64,000 nucleotides of DNA from Chiloscyllium plagiosum (taxonomy: Eukaryota), in assembly GCF_004010195.1 (NCBI RefSeq), contig NC_057753.1, positions 8,743,484 through 8,807,483 of the forward strand, read 5' to 3'. The stretch's first letter is position 1; each line of letters begins with the position of its first letter. The notes under the pieces were generated by a model, which saw only the letters and a program-made list of their open reading frames with translations, searched no databases and was not told the DNA's origin. This document shows, piece by piece, positions 25,837 through 37,700 of this stretch. A program made the translations under genes and the position numbers.

Positions 25837-27035
25837 ACGCCCAAAGTTGTGGTCTAAACTTTCTCATGGAATGCTTTAAACAGGAAAGGTTAGTATTGGG
25901 TTGTCCTGTCCGCGCCATAGCCCCAACGTATCCTGTTCCCCTAGATTTGATCAGGACAGAGGAGGCTGATGGGAAATCGAACTGAACTACACACATTGAT
26001 GAGAGATAGAGCGGGTGGGAAGGATCCATTCCCATGCGTAGAGAGATTAATAATCGGGGCCGAAAACAAGGAGCCACTTTAGCAAATTTGGGGTTCATTC
26101 AGCAAAGCTAATGTAGAACTGTTCACAGAAAATTGTGATGAAAGTCCCTCGAGTTATTTTGATGAGAAGTGTTGATTATGCTAATACAATCGATAGGATG
26201 AACGTAGATTGGTAAATGTATTTGGTGACAGTTCTGTTCTAGCCCTGTGAGCGAAAGCTGGATCTGAAGGAATAAAAGGGACATTAACAACATCGATCTG
26301 AAATTGGAGACGTGACAAGAAACAGAGCCATCATTAACAGTTGGCTTTTGAACTGGAGAAGGTTCCTCGTGAAATTAGCTTGAGGCTTGAGGTATGCAAG
26401 GTCAAGATAATTTAGGTAAAACACGGAAACGCTATCCTCATTAGCAGACAGTGAAAGGATTACAAGACGCAAATTAAACAATATCGATAAGTGATACAGG
26501 GGACTGGGAAGATAAGTATTATAAACTGTGAACAACAAAGTTCTGGAGCACAACACTTTCATTCAAAGACCGAAAACATCCAGGTCCTGATTAATCAGAT
26601 TGCATTGTGGTGCTTTTCTGCAAAACATCCACTTGCAATGTGCTACAAAAGAGTGACAAAACCCATCCCTCTCAGTCCAGGATAGAAAATCCGAAGGGAT
26701 GAACCTTTGCTTATTTTCTGAAGATTCACAAAGCTAAGCCTGGGTTTTGGTGATTGTTTCCTTTCCACTCCCAGGAGCCGCAGTGGTTGAGGCGTTGAGT
26801 TGGGGAAAGTGAAATGTGCCGATGAGCAGGTGTGGGGCTATTTCAGCTTCCCCTCATCTGACTGCGCTGTGACTTGACTCTGATGTTCTCAGGGACATTT
26901 ACTGACGCGAGACAGTGAAAAGATTCTCATTCCCGCAGATCAGGAATTCAAACCGTATGCCGGCTTCAGGACAATGAGAAAGATTAATTGGGGTGTGTGA
27001 AGAAGCTGTGAGCTGCATTTCAAACAGGTGGGTGG

Positions 27036-27068
27036 AGTCAGATGCGTCATCCATTGCGCCCCAGCCCT
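27036..27068 (-). pseudogene. 5' half of a tRNA-Arg(ACG)-like gene
   Basis: minus GGGCTGGGGCGCAATGGATGACGCATCTGACT vs GGGCCAGTGGCGCAATGGATAACGCGTCTGACT; 3' half absent. Confidence 0.55.
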
Positions 27069-27486
27069 GTGCGTATCTAACGCCACCATGCTGCAGAGTT
27101 CTGACATTACAACGGGCATGCGCAGCAATGGGAACATTCACAAGGTGAACAACCAAAGATAATCACCGTCACTAATTCCCTTCCACAGGCCTAGCTTCGT
27201 GAAGCAGTATCTTTCACTTGCAAAGAAACACATTTTCCCTCAGGTGTCTGCTTCATTTCGATCACGATTTCAAGCCCCTCACTGTTCTTGTCTTATTTCC
27301 AATTAATTGGCTTATAGCCTCAAAAGCAGCTCTGCAGGTATTTGCTTGTTCCACCCTAACAGGCAGTGCGTTGCAGATACCCACCAGTCCCAATGTGAGT
27401 GAAATATTTTTCCCCCTCCACTGATTTGAATCTTGAAGAAGAAACCAGGGAGCAATCTCCCTTTCTTTTTGACGACATTTCTCAAT

Positions 27487-27569
27487 TGTAGTCGACAGGG
27501 TTCACCCGTGCGTGGGGAAACCGCAATGGATTTCAAGTCCATCGCATTAACCACTCGGCACACCACTAC
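27487..27569 (-). pseudogene. tRNA-Ser(TGA) pseudogene
   Basis: minus GTAGTGGTGTGCCGAGTGGTTAATGCGATGGACT-TGA-AATCCATTGCGGTTTCCCCACGCACGGGTGAACCCTGTCGACTAC; anticodon arm intact, TTC of the T-loop lost. Confidence 0.85.
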
Positions 27570-28054
27570 AGAACTACACTGACAGCTTCATTTTCCAGGC
27601 CTCTTTGCCTGTGGAGCTGAGAAAGAGTGAATCATTGCAGCGTTTGTTTGAATCCAATCACTTCACAGTGATTCGAAAGGGTTAAATATCTGCACATGGC
27701 GAGTCTGGGAGTTTTATTCCAAAAGATGAAATGAACTTTCAATTAAAAACAAAAATAGAAATTACAGGAGCAATTCAGCAGGTCACACAGCATCTGTGGA
27801 AAGAGAATCTGGCGCAACATTTCAGATCTCTGTTTTCTCCGACAGGTACTGCCAAACCTGCCGAGTTTCTCCGGCAGTTTCTCTTTTTGTCTCGGGTTCT
27901 CAGTATCCGCAGTCTTTTACGTTAGACATTAAATCAATTCTGAAACCTCTTTGTGCTCTCTCAGTGGAGAAGATATCCGTTTGGGGAACATTATCCTGAC
28001 CCCGTTAAAAATGCACAACTTTGCAGCCAAGGAAGCAGTTGGAGGGAAGCGCAC

Positions 28055-28128
28055 CGTCCCTGGGTGGGTTTAAACCACCAACCCTCTGGTTAACAGCCAA
28101 ACGCGCTGACCATTTGCGCCACCGAAAC
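28055..28128 (-). pseudogene. tRNA-Asn(GTT), probable pseudogene, copy 2
   Basis: minus GTTTCGGTGGCGCAAATGGTCAGCGCGTTTGGCT-GTT-AACCAGAGGGTTGGTGGTTTAAACCCACCCAGGGACG; C56>T in the B box and an acceptor-stem mismatch. Confidence 0.85.
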
Positions 28129-29146
28129 AGGTGACTGCGCTGTCTGCACAATCTCTTAGGGACGCTCATAGTCAAGTCATAATTCAGCCTGCCCCGCCTA
28201 GAATTACAATTGTCGTCTATCAGTTTTACTTTTCCATAATAAGGCCTGGAACATTCATTGTGGAGACACCGGGGGCAGTCTCATCCTACCCTCTGCAGAC
28301 ACATCCATGTCACTAGGAACTAGCTTTCCTACACCGGGGCCATCACCCTTCCAGCCTTTCAGTGTTTTTCCTGTTCCCGAATTGTCTCATTGGCTCAGAG
28401 GCGAGAAGGAGTTTGTATACCTGATGTGCAGGAACGAGAATTCTTTCAATGTCTCAGATCAGTTTATGTCCCGACAACATCAGAGTCAATCTCCCGGCCT
28501 CTTCAACAAGGCCTCTGCTCAGTCGGACAGTTCATCCATTATTCTCCTCTAATTCTGCTTCCCAAAGAGTTTCTCAAGATTCACAAAGCAGGAGACTGGG
28601 ATTTCAGTTTTGCTTAATGAACATTTTTCCATTTCCTAACTGACAATATTTTGCCAAATTCTCTTTCCAATTGTGCGACTTGCAGCATGTCCAGGGATGA
28701 GGAATTTCCATTTTGGGGAGACATTCCCAAGGTTGGGAATGATCGCTTTGGAGCAAAGAAGGTAAACTGGAGATTTTCTGGGGTTGTTGGTAATGATGGG
28801 AGAAGAAGCGGTGGGAATGGGCAGATTAATGATCAGAAGAATCAATTGCCAGTGACCAGAGTCAGTTACCAGAGGACAAGGATTGAAGTTCTTGAATGAA
28901 AAGCAGCACTTGTGCCTAATAAACACAGAGAATACTGCAGAAAGCCAACAGGTCGAGCAGCATCTGTGGAAAGGTAAACAGAGCTGACGTTGTGAGGCTG
29001 GTACGTTGTTTGTTCAGAACCCGAGTTTCCTGCATGGCAATAAATTTCCAGACATGAGAAAACGGGACTTTATTGAGACGGGTTTTGTGAAGTGTGAGCG
29101 ATAATGTAACCGACAGGAAGTCATTTAAAATCGCCAGCGAAGAAAG

Positions 29147-29228
29147 TATAGTCAGCAGGTTACCACCCTGAGCGGGGGAGCCCCAAAGGATCTCTACGCC
29201 AACACCTTAAGTGTTCGGCCACAACTAC
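29147..29228 (-). pseudogene. degraded tRNA-Ser(AGA)-derived relic, copy 2
   Basis: minus GTAGTTGTGGCCGAACACTTAAGGTGTTGGCGT-AGA-GATCCTTTGGGGCTCCCCCGCTCAGGGTGGTAACCTGCTGACTATA. Confidence 0.72.
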
Positions 29229-31149
29229 ACGCCCCAAGTTGTGGTGTAAGATTTCTCATGGAATGCTTTAAACAGGAAAGGTGAGTACTGGGTTTGTCCT
29301 TTCCGCGCCATAGCCCCAACGTATCCTGTTCCCCTGGATTTGATTGGAACAGAGGAGGCTGATGGGAGATTGTATTGAACTACACACATTGATGAGTGAT
29401 AGAGCGGGTGGGAAGCATCCATTTCCATGCGTACAGAGATTAATAATCAGGGTCGAAAATAAGGAGCCACTTCAAGAAATTTTGGTTTCTGTCAGCAAAG
29501 CTAATGTTGAACTGTTCACAGAAAATTGTGATGAAAGTCTCTCGAGTTATTTTGATGAGAAGTGTTGATGATGCTAATACAATCGGTAGGATGAACGTAG
29601 ATTGGTAAATGTGTTTGGTAACAGCTCTGTTATAGCCTCGTCTTCTTGTTTGATTGATTCTGCACTCCTCATCTCTATGTACAGATACTGCTCCCCAGCC
29701 TATGTAGCAATTCGGCAACAAAATACATCAAAGTAATTAAGTAAGACCTCAGACCCGATCAAGCCACAATCAAGTGGTTCCATGAGCTTTGCATGTTCAA
29801 TTAAACGTACCAAAGCTAACGATTGCTCTGAGATAGTCTCTGTGACGAAGTTTCCTAATTTACTTCCTCAAAATGAATCAGACCCCACTAATTTTAGTGT
29901 TCCTTAATATGGACGGGTATTGATTCCCATTGCACTTGACCATTCGAATTCTGTGATTGAGCCACTTATTGGCCTCGAGACCGAAGCAGAATCTGTCAAG
30001 TGCCACCGTTAATCCACACCTACAAACTTGTCTCCCATTCACTCTCAGCTTTCCCTCATAACCGAGCAACGGGGACAGTAATAAAAAGAACGGGAGTAAA
30101 ACTCACTTTGAATATGATTAGATTGCCAATAGAAGAAAGAGCGAATGTTCAGCACAAAAAGCAAAGTTTCAAAGGAACATTGTACAATGTGGGTGTTAAA
30201 CTCACGACCTAGCATAAAAATCTTTTGTTCTATTAACTGAGGTAGCCGGACATATAGTCACGGTATAACCACATTTCATATCAAGGCAAAATAACTTCTT
30301 AATATCCACTAAAATAAATAAAATGATCAGCCGAAGTCCACAGCTCCAATGCTTTCTGCTCCAACATCGGCAAAATCATTGAGATTCCACTTCCCTTTTG
30401 CTTCTTTCTCACCGCTGACATCCAGTTTCTTCAGCTTCTCTTCTTGGATGTAAATTTGTTTGTCTGTGTTTTTTGTCCTTACTTTGAAAGCAAATTCGCT
30501 TCAATGTCAACAAAAGTGGCAGACAAACCTGACACACAAACAGCCATTCGGTACCACATATCCCCAATTCTCACTTTCAGATTTGCAATTATGAATAAAA
30601 TAAAGGAAGTAAACATTTGGGAACATTTAGAAAGTATATGAGTGAGTTTTATGGGTGACTCGCTTGGGCCTTTGCCAACGCTGCTCGCAGGTTTCGTGAT
30701 CAGGGCATAATCTCCCTCAGTTTCCCTGAGCCTGTGCTCGGTGTATTGGGAGATTAGACCCTGGTTGCAGAATCTCACATCCCAAGGATTTGCGGTCGAC
30801 CCCGCCCGACGTTGCATAGTTACTTTTCACTGGCATCAGAGGATTGGAGATTATAGGACTGGAACATTGCTGCTTTTCTGTTTTTTCCCGGTGTTGTTCC
30901 ATTTGGAGCTGAGGAACACGAATCATTATTGGGATTGCTTGAAACCAAGAACATGAAGTTTCTAAAGATTCAAGTGCAGGAATTCAGTCAGTTAACTGTT
31001 CTGAGACTGTGTTTGTCCGAACATCGGTGTAAGATGCCTGGGCGTGCCTGTATTCGATATTTCCAGAACAACCAATAATTGGAGAATATTTTCTTGCAGG
31101 TTGTGTTCCCAATGACAGGCGGAAATATGCAATAAGGAAACAGTGAAGA

Positions 31150-31430
31150 CTATAGGAACAGGAGTAGGCAATTTAGCCCCTCAAGTGTTTTCCAACGTTC
31201 AATTAAATCCTGGCTGATGTGAGGCCTAACTCCACTTACCTGCCTTTGGCCCATGTCTCTTAATATCATTCATGAACAAAGCAAAAGTCTGTTTCAGATT
31301 TAAAGTTGACAAATGATCCTGTATCCACTGCCGTTTGTGTAGGATAGTTCCAAACATCTGACAAACTCAATGTGTAGAAGTGCTTTTGAACATGTCCCCT
31401 GAATAGTCTGGTCCTAATTCTACAATTTTG
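31150..31430 (-). mobile_element. old CR1-type 3'-end fragment
   Basis: taggaacaggagtaggcaatttagcccctcaag.. is the reverse of a CR1/SINE tail; similar to 44895-45170. Confidence 0.55.
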
Positions 31431-32299
31431 CTCAATTTCAACTCACAACTATTTTAGTGAACAACTTGACGTTCTGACTAACTGCATCACAGAGTCTGAC
31501 ATGTAAAAGTCCAGTTAGATCTCGAAGCCCGAGTGTCAGCGTATTCCAGCTTCAGACTGCAGTTACTGAAATAGCAATTGTCCTCCATCAGTGTTACTTT
31601 ACCAAAGTAAAGCTGGGACATTCGTTGTAAACAGTCTGCTCTCAGACACCACAGACACAGCCATGACACCAGCAACTATCCCTGTGTGGGAATACATTCA
31701 AAGTGAAGCGGCAGCCTTTCTGCCATTTCCTCAGTTTCACTTGCGCTGTCACTTCTGTCTTTCTTTAGACTCACGAACTGAATGAGCTGAATAGAGTTTT
31801 TCTTGGCCATTATTATGCAATGGTTTCAATGCTTTAAGTATTAGTCGAGCAGTTCTGGATCGAGGTTTAGAAACTGATGTTACCCAACAAATTTTACCCA
31901 AGTGTCTGCAGAATTAATTTGCCGACATCGGGAAAAAGCGCTTCCAGACACAGCTGAGGAATTTCAGTTTGATAGGTCTTGAAGTTTAAGTAGAAGTAAG
32001 TGAACTTTGCCTCGAGGCCGTTTTTAATGTGCAGATGTGTCCCCATGTAAACTGATCGTGGCTGGCCATCCCAATGCTTCCCGATGCAGGGCTGCCTGAC
32101 CCTCAGCGAGATTTCTTTTGATAAACTGTCCCCAAGGCTTCCAGCCGCACCATGACGTCATAAAACATGCACGGTGATGGCCTGCAGCTATTGTAACACA
32201 ATAATTATGCTGGGCCCCGGAACATAAATATGAATTAGTCATTCCACCCCCAGGGATATATTTAAGGGAGGAGGTAAATGGGCTGGGGTTACACTGGAG

Positions 32300-33220
32300 T
32301 TCACTCTTCCTTCACTCCCATCGCCCGCCCATAGCCCCATGGCACTTTGCCCTGCAACCGCCGAAGTTGTAACACCTGCCCACTTCCCTCTCCCTCCTCA
32401 GTATCCAAGAGCCTGAACATGCCTTCTCGGTGAAGTAGCACTTCACCTCCACTTTCCACAGCCTATTCTACTGCATTCGCTGCTCACAATGTGGTCTCAT
32501 CTACATTGGAGAAACGAAGCATAGACTGGGTGACTACTTCATAGAATATCTACGTTCTGCCCGCAAAAAAGACCCTGAGCTTCCAGTTGTCTGCCACTTC
32601 AGCACACCACCCTGTTCCCTGTCCAGCATCTCTGTCTCAGACTTGCTGTAGTGTTCCAGTCAAGCAATTTTGCCGTTAGGGAACCTACAGCCCTCCTCAG
32701 CATTGAATTCAATAATTTTAGGGCCTGAACTATCCCGTATCTTCGCCCCCTACCACACACACTAAGTCTTGTTATCACATAGTCTGTCATTACACACCTA
32801 TTGTTAGCCACTAGCAGGCTCCATTAACAGCTAGTCACCCTTCCAGACAGATGGTTATCAAATCCTTTGTCTGTCCAACTCATCTTGTCTCACTTTGGGC
32901 TCTATCCCTACCTATCATTTACTCCGTCCGCCTTCCTCCCACCCTTTCTTCTGCATATTAACCAACATTTTCCCAATCACCACCACGTCTGTGGAAGGGT
33001 CACCGGATTTCTCCAACTTATCACCTTACCCCCGCACCTTCATCTACCTATTGCATTCTCAGCTATCTTCCCCCATAGCCCCACCACCATCTATCTCTCA
33101 GCACACCCCCACTCCGGCCCACAAGCCTCATTCCTGATGAAGGGCTTGAACCATGAACTTTCCCGCTCCTCCGATGCTGCCTAACCTGCTCTGATTTTCC
33201 AGCACCACACTCTCGACTGT
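32300..33220 (+). mobile_element. Penelope-like element 3' part (GIY-YIG endonuclease + terminal region)
   Basis: GTLPCNRRSCNTCP and FYCIRCSQCGLIYIGETKHRLGDYF at 32340-32550; terminal ttcctgatgaagggc..gatgctgcc..acctgct..ttttccagcaccac. Confidence 0.85.
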
Positions 33221-33883
33221 GACTTTATCCAGTCACACGAAGACCCAGTGGAGACAAGCAGGACGCTGGAAAAACACAGCAAGTCAGGTATCATCAGGAG
33301 CTGGTGAAGTCAATGTTTCGGATGTACAGACCCAGAGCAGAAATTCAGGATACTGTGTAGATGGCATTATCGAAACGAGTAACAGTATCATGATGACAGT
33401 AGGAAGCATCCATATCCTTTGCTTTGCCAGGGAGTTAGAAGGAGAGGAGTTCATAATTGCATGTTTTTCTTTTCTGAATTGGTATCCTGGGCTGAAATGT
33501 TGCAAACTTCTTTTACAGGACATTACATGTACATCTGCAGACAGAAAATTGAAACAAAAAATTACACAACCGAATCACTTGGTACATATTATCGGCCTTT
33601 GAAAGTAAGTATGGTATTCTGGATCATGATCATGTGCTGCATAAAACTTTTTCTAACATTCTGCCTATGACCCTTTACCAAAGTCTTCAATCATTCAGTG
33701 TCCCAAAATCTTTTTCTATGACCAGTGAATTGGAATAACCTTTCCACATCGGCTATATATTAATCTTTCATAAACAAATGTGTCTCATTTTCCACTCGAT
33801 CTGTTTTATTCCAACCAGACAGCTTCAGTTCCTCTCACATAACTACGTGTCGTAGCAGAATGACTAAAGTCGGACAGAATGAT

Positions 33884-34212
33884 ATAGAATCCCTACTGTG
33901 TCCTTTGGCCCAACAAGTCCACACCGACCCTCCGAAGAGTAACCCACCCAGACCCATTCCCCTACTTCTCTAAATTTTGCCCTGACTAATGTGCCTAACC
34001 TACACATTCCTGAAAACTCTGGGCAATTTAGCATGACCAATCCACCTAACCAGCACATCTTTGGACTCTGGGAGGAAAGTGGAGCACCTGGAGGAAACCC
34101 ATGCAGACACAGCGAGAATGTTGCAAACTCCACGCAGACAGTCACCGCAGGTGGGAATAGAACTCTGGGCTTGTGATGCAACAATGCGAACCACTGAACC
34201 ACCGTGCCGTCC
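33884..34212 (-). mobile_element. HE1/V-SINE-type SINE
   Basis: reverse complement of the same family as 21815-22137 (gacggcacggtggttcagtgg... gtgtggagtttgca.. gtctgcatgggtttcctcc.ggtgctcc). Confidence 0.87.
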
Positions 34213-34789
34213 CAAAATGGCTCACTCAACACCAGGTCCACTTCAAGCATCAAGGTGTTTATTGTCTTAACAGCTATGGGACGAAAGCCACTCCAAGGGC
34301 CTCTCCACTGAACAAAGGGAAACATACATTTGTTATACATATGCTTTTTTTTGACAAGTAGTGCCCTTATCTTCAAGGGCAATGCCTACGTGATCTAAAA
34401 AGTGAATGAGAGGGCAGAGATTAAATCAAAATAGAGTCGGAGTGGGAAAGAAAACACTCCAAGCCCTGCGGTGCCCACCTCTCCCTGAAAACCTCGAGGG
34501 TATCAGTGGACACTTCATGATCCTCCTCCAGAAGTATTCAGACCCGAACGTCACCGCGGAAGAGGGGCAGGCAATTAGCCCTAACAACCCCCTCCACGGC
34601 CTGCTGCCTGGTCCTGTTTATAGCCAGTCTGGTCAAGCCCATGAACAGACCCACGAGGACATCCTCTGAACCCTCCATATCAGTTATCCTTGGGGGAATT
34701 CACAGTGCAACGTCTTCAACCACATTTCAGGCTTCATCTCCTGCATCCGCTGTTCAATGCTCCTCTGATTTTATGAAGGAAGCTTCGTA

Positions 34790-37700
34790 GAGTCATAGAA
34801 TCGTAGAGATGTACAGCATGGAAACAGACCCTTCGGTCCAACTCGTCCATGCCGACCAAATACCCAATCTACTCCCACCTGCTTGCGCCTGGCCCAGGCG
34901 CCACAACCTTCCTATCATACACCTACTCAGATGCATTTTCAATGTTGAAATCGTGCTAGCCTCCACCACTTCCTCTGGCAGCTCATTCCATACATGTATC
35001 ACCCTCTGAGTGAAAACGTTGCCCCTTACGTCTCTTTTATATCTTTCCCCTCTAACCCTAAACCCTATGCCCTCCAGTTCTGGACTCTCCCACCCCAAAG
35101 AAATGACTTTGTCTGTTTCTCCTATCCATGTCCCTCATGATTTTATAAAGCTCTATAAAGTCACTCCTTAGCCTTCGATGATCCAGGGAAAATAGCCCTA
35201 GCCTATTCAACCTTTTCCTATAGCTCAAACCCTCCAACCCTGGCAACATCCTTGTAAATCTTTTCTGAACCCTTTCAAGTTTCACAACATCTTTCCGATA
35301 GGAAGGAGACCAGAACTCCACGCAATATTCCAAGAGTAGCCTAACCAATGTCCTGTACAAACGCAACATGACCTCCCATCTCTTATACTCAATACTCTGA
35401 CCAAAAAAGGAAAGCATACCAAACACCTTCTTCACTATCCTGCGACTCCACTTTCAAGAAGCTATGAACCTGCACTGCAAGGTCTCTTTGTTCAGCAACA
35501 CTCCCTAGGACCTTATCATTAAGTGTATAAGTCCTGCTAAGATTTGCATTCCAAAAATGCAGCACCTGATATTTAACTAAATTAAGCTCCATTTACCACT
35601 TCTCAGCCCACTAGCCCATCTGATCAAGATCCTGTTGCAATCTGAGGTAACCTTCTTCGTTGTCCACTACACCTCCAATTTTGGTGTCATCTGCAAACTT
35701 ACTAACTATACCTCATATGATCACATTCAAATCATTTATATAAATGATGAAAAGTAGTGGACCCAGCACAGATCCTTGCGGTACTCCATTGGTCACAGGC
35801 CTCCAGTCTGAGAAAGAACCCTCCACCACCACCCTCTGTCTTCTACCTTTAAGCCAGTTCTGTATTCAAATGGAGAGTTCTCCCTGTATTCAATGAGATC
35901 TAACCTCGTTCACCAGTCTCCAGTGGGGAAACCTTGTCGAACGCCTTACTGAAGTCCATATAAATCACGTCCACTGCTCTGCTCTCATCAATCCTCTTTG
36001 TTACTTCTTCAAAAAATTCAGTCAAGTTTGTGAGACATGATTTCCCACGCACAAAGCCATGTTGATTATCCCCAATCAGTCCTTGCCTTTCCAAATACAT
36101 GTACATATTGTCCCTCAGGATTCTCTCCAACAACTTACCCACCACCGAGGTCAGGCTCACTGGTCAATAGTCCCTTGGCTTGTCCTTATCACCTTTCTTA
36201 AACAGTGGCACCACGTTAACCAACCTCCAGTCTTCCAGCACGTCACCTGTGACTATCGATTATACAAATATCTCTGTAAGAGGTCCAGCAATCACTTCCC
36301 TAGCTTCCCACAGAGTTCTAGGGTACACCTGATCAGGTCCACATTTATGCGTTTCAAGACATCCAGCACTTCCTGCTTTGTAATATGGACATTTTTAAAG
36401 ATGTCACCATCTATTTCTCTACATTCTGTGTCCTCCACGTCCTTTTCCATCGTAAATAGTGATGCAAAACACGCGTTTCGTATCTACCCGTCTCTGCGAC
36501 TCCACACAAAGGCCGCCTTGCTGATCTTTGAGGGGCCCTATTCTCTCCTGGTTAACCTTTTGTCCTTAATGTATTTGTAAAAACCCTTTGGAGTCTTATT
36601 AACCCTATTTGCTATCTCATGTTCCCTGTTGGCCCTCCTGACTTCCCTCTTAAGTTTACTCCTACTGCCTTTACATTCTTTTAAGGATTCACTTGATCTA
36701 TCCTGTCTATACCTGACATATGCTTCCTTCTTTTTCTTAACCAAACCCTCAATTTCTTTCGTCATCCTGCATTCTCTACACCTACCAGCCTTTTCTTTCA
36801 CCGTAACAGGAATATACTTTCTCTGGACTCTCGTTATCTTATTTCTGAAGGCTTCCCATTTTCCAGCCGTCCCTTTACCTGCGAACATCTGCCCCCAATT
36901 AGCTTTTAAAAGTTCTTGCCTAATACCGTCAAAATTGGCCTTCCTCAAATTTAGAAGGTCAACTTTTAGATCTGGTCTATCCTTTTCCATCACTATTTTA
37001 AAACTGATAGAATTATGGTCGTTGGCTCCAAAGTGCTCCCCCACTGATACCTCAGTCACTTGCCCTGCCTTATTTCTCAAGAGTTCGTCAGGTTTTGCAT
37101 CTTCTCTAGTAGGTACATCCACCTACTGAATCAGAAAAGTTTCTTGTGCACACTTAACAAATTCCTCTCAATCTAAACCCTTAGCACTATGGCAATCCCA
37201 GTCTATGTTTGGAAAGTTAAAATCCCCTATCATAACTACCCTAACTGATAACTGAGATCTCCTTACAAATTTGTTTCTCAATTTCCCTCTGACTATTAGG
37301 GGATCTATAATACAATCCCAATAAGGTGCTCATCCTTTCTTATTTCTCAGTTCCACCCAAATAATTTCCCTTGATGTGTTTCCGGGAGTATCCTCCCTCA
37401 GTGCAGCTGCAACGCTATCCCTTATCAAAAACGCTATTCCCCCTCCTCTCTTGCCTCCCTTTCTATCCTTCCTGTAGCATTTGCATCCTGGAACATTAAG
37501 CTGTCAGTCCGGTCCATTTGCATCCTGGAACATTAAGCTGTCAGTCCGGTGACATCTTTAAAAATGTCCAGTCCAGCCCGAGCCATGTTTCTGTAATTGC
37601 TATGATATCCTAGTTCCATGTTCCTAACCATGCTCCGAGTTCATCTGCCTTTCATGTTAGGCTTCTTGCATTGAAATAAATAGTTTAATTTATCAGTTGT

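Larger units (their letters stand above)
24905..26250 (+). repeat. local duplication, copy 1 (tRNA-Asn + tRNA-Ser relic + flanks)
   Basis: co-linear with 28055-29640; near-identical ORF pairs 25243-25533/28636-28926 and 25258-25506/28651-28899. Confidence 0.92.
28055..29640 (+). repeat. local duplication, copy 2 (with ~230-nt extra segment at ~28305-28540)
   Basis: co-linear with 24905-26250. Confidence 0.92.

Noticed and set aside
25243..26098. Paired ORFs in the duplicated unit, including a 209-aa ORF
   Set aside because: No recognisable domain; overlaps tRNA and repeat relics; the long frame is not preserved in copy 2
28055..28128. Functional tRNA-Asn
   Set aside because: B-box C56>T and acceptor/anticodon-stem mismatches; treated as a probable pseudogene pending tRNAscan-SE score
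30690..30722. Short resemblance to the reverse complement of the U1 snRNA 5' region (ttcgtgatca..atctccc)
   Set aside because: Too short and gapped; no Sm site or other U1 stems nearby
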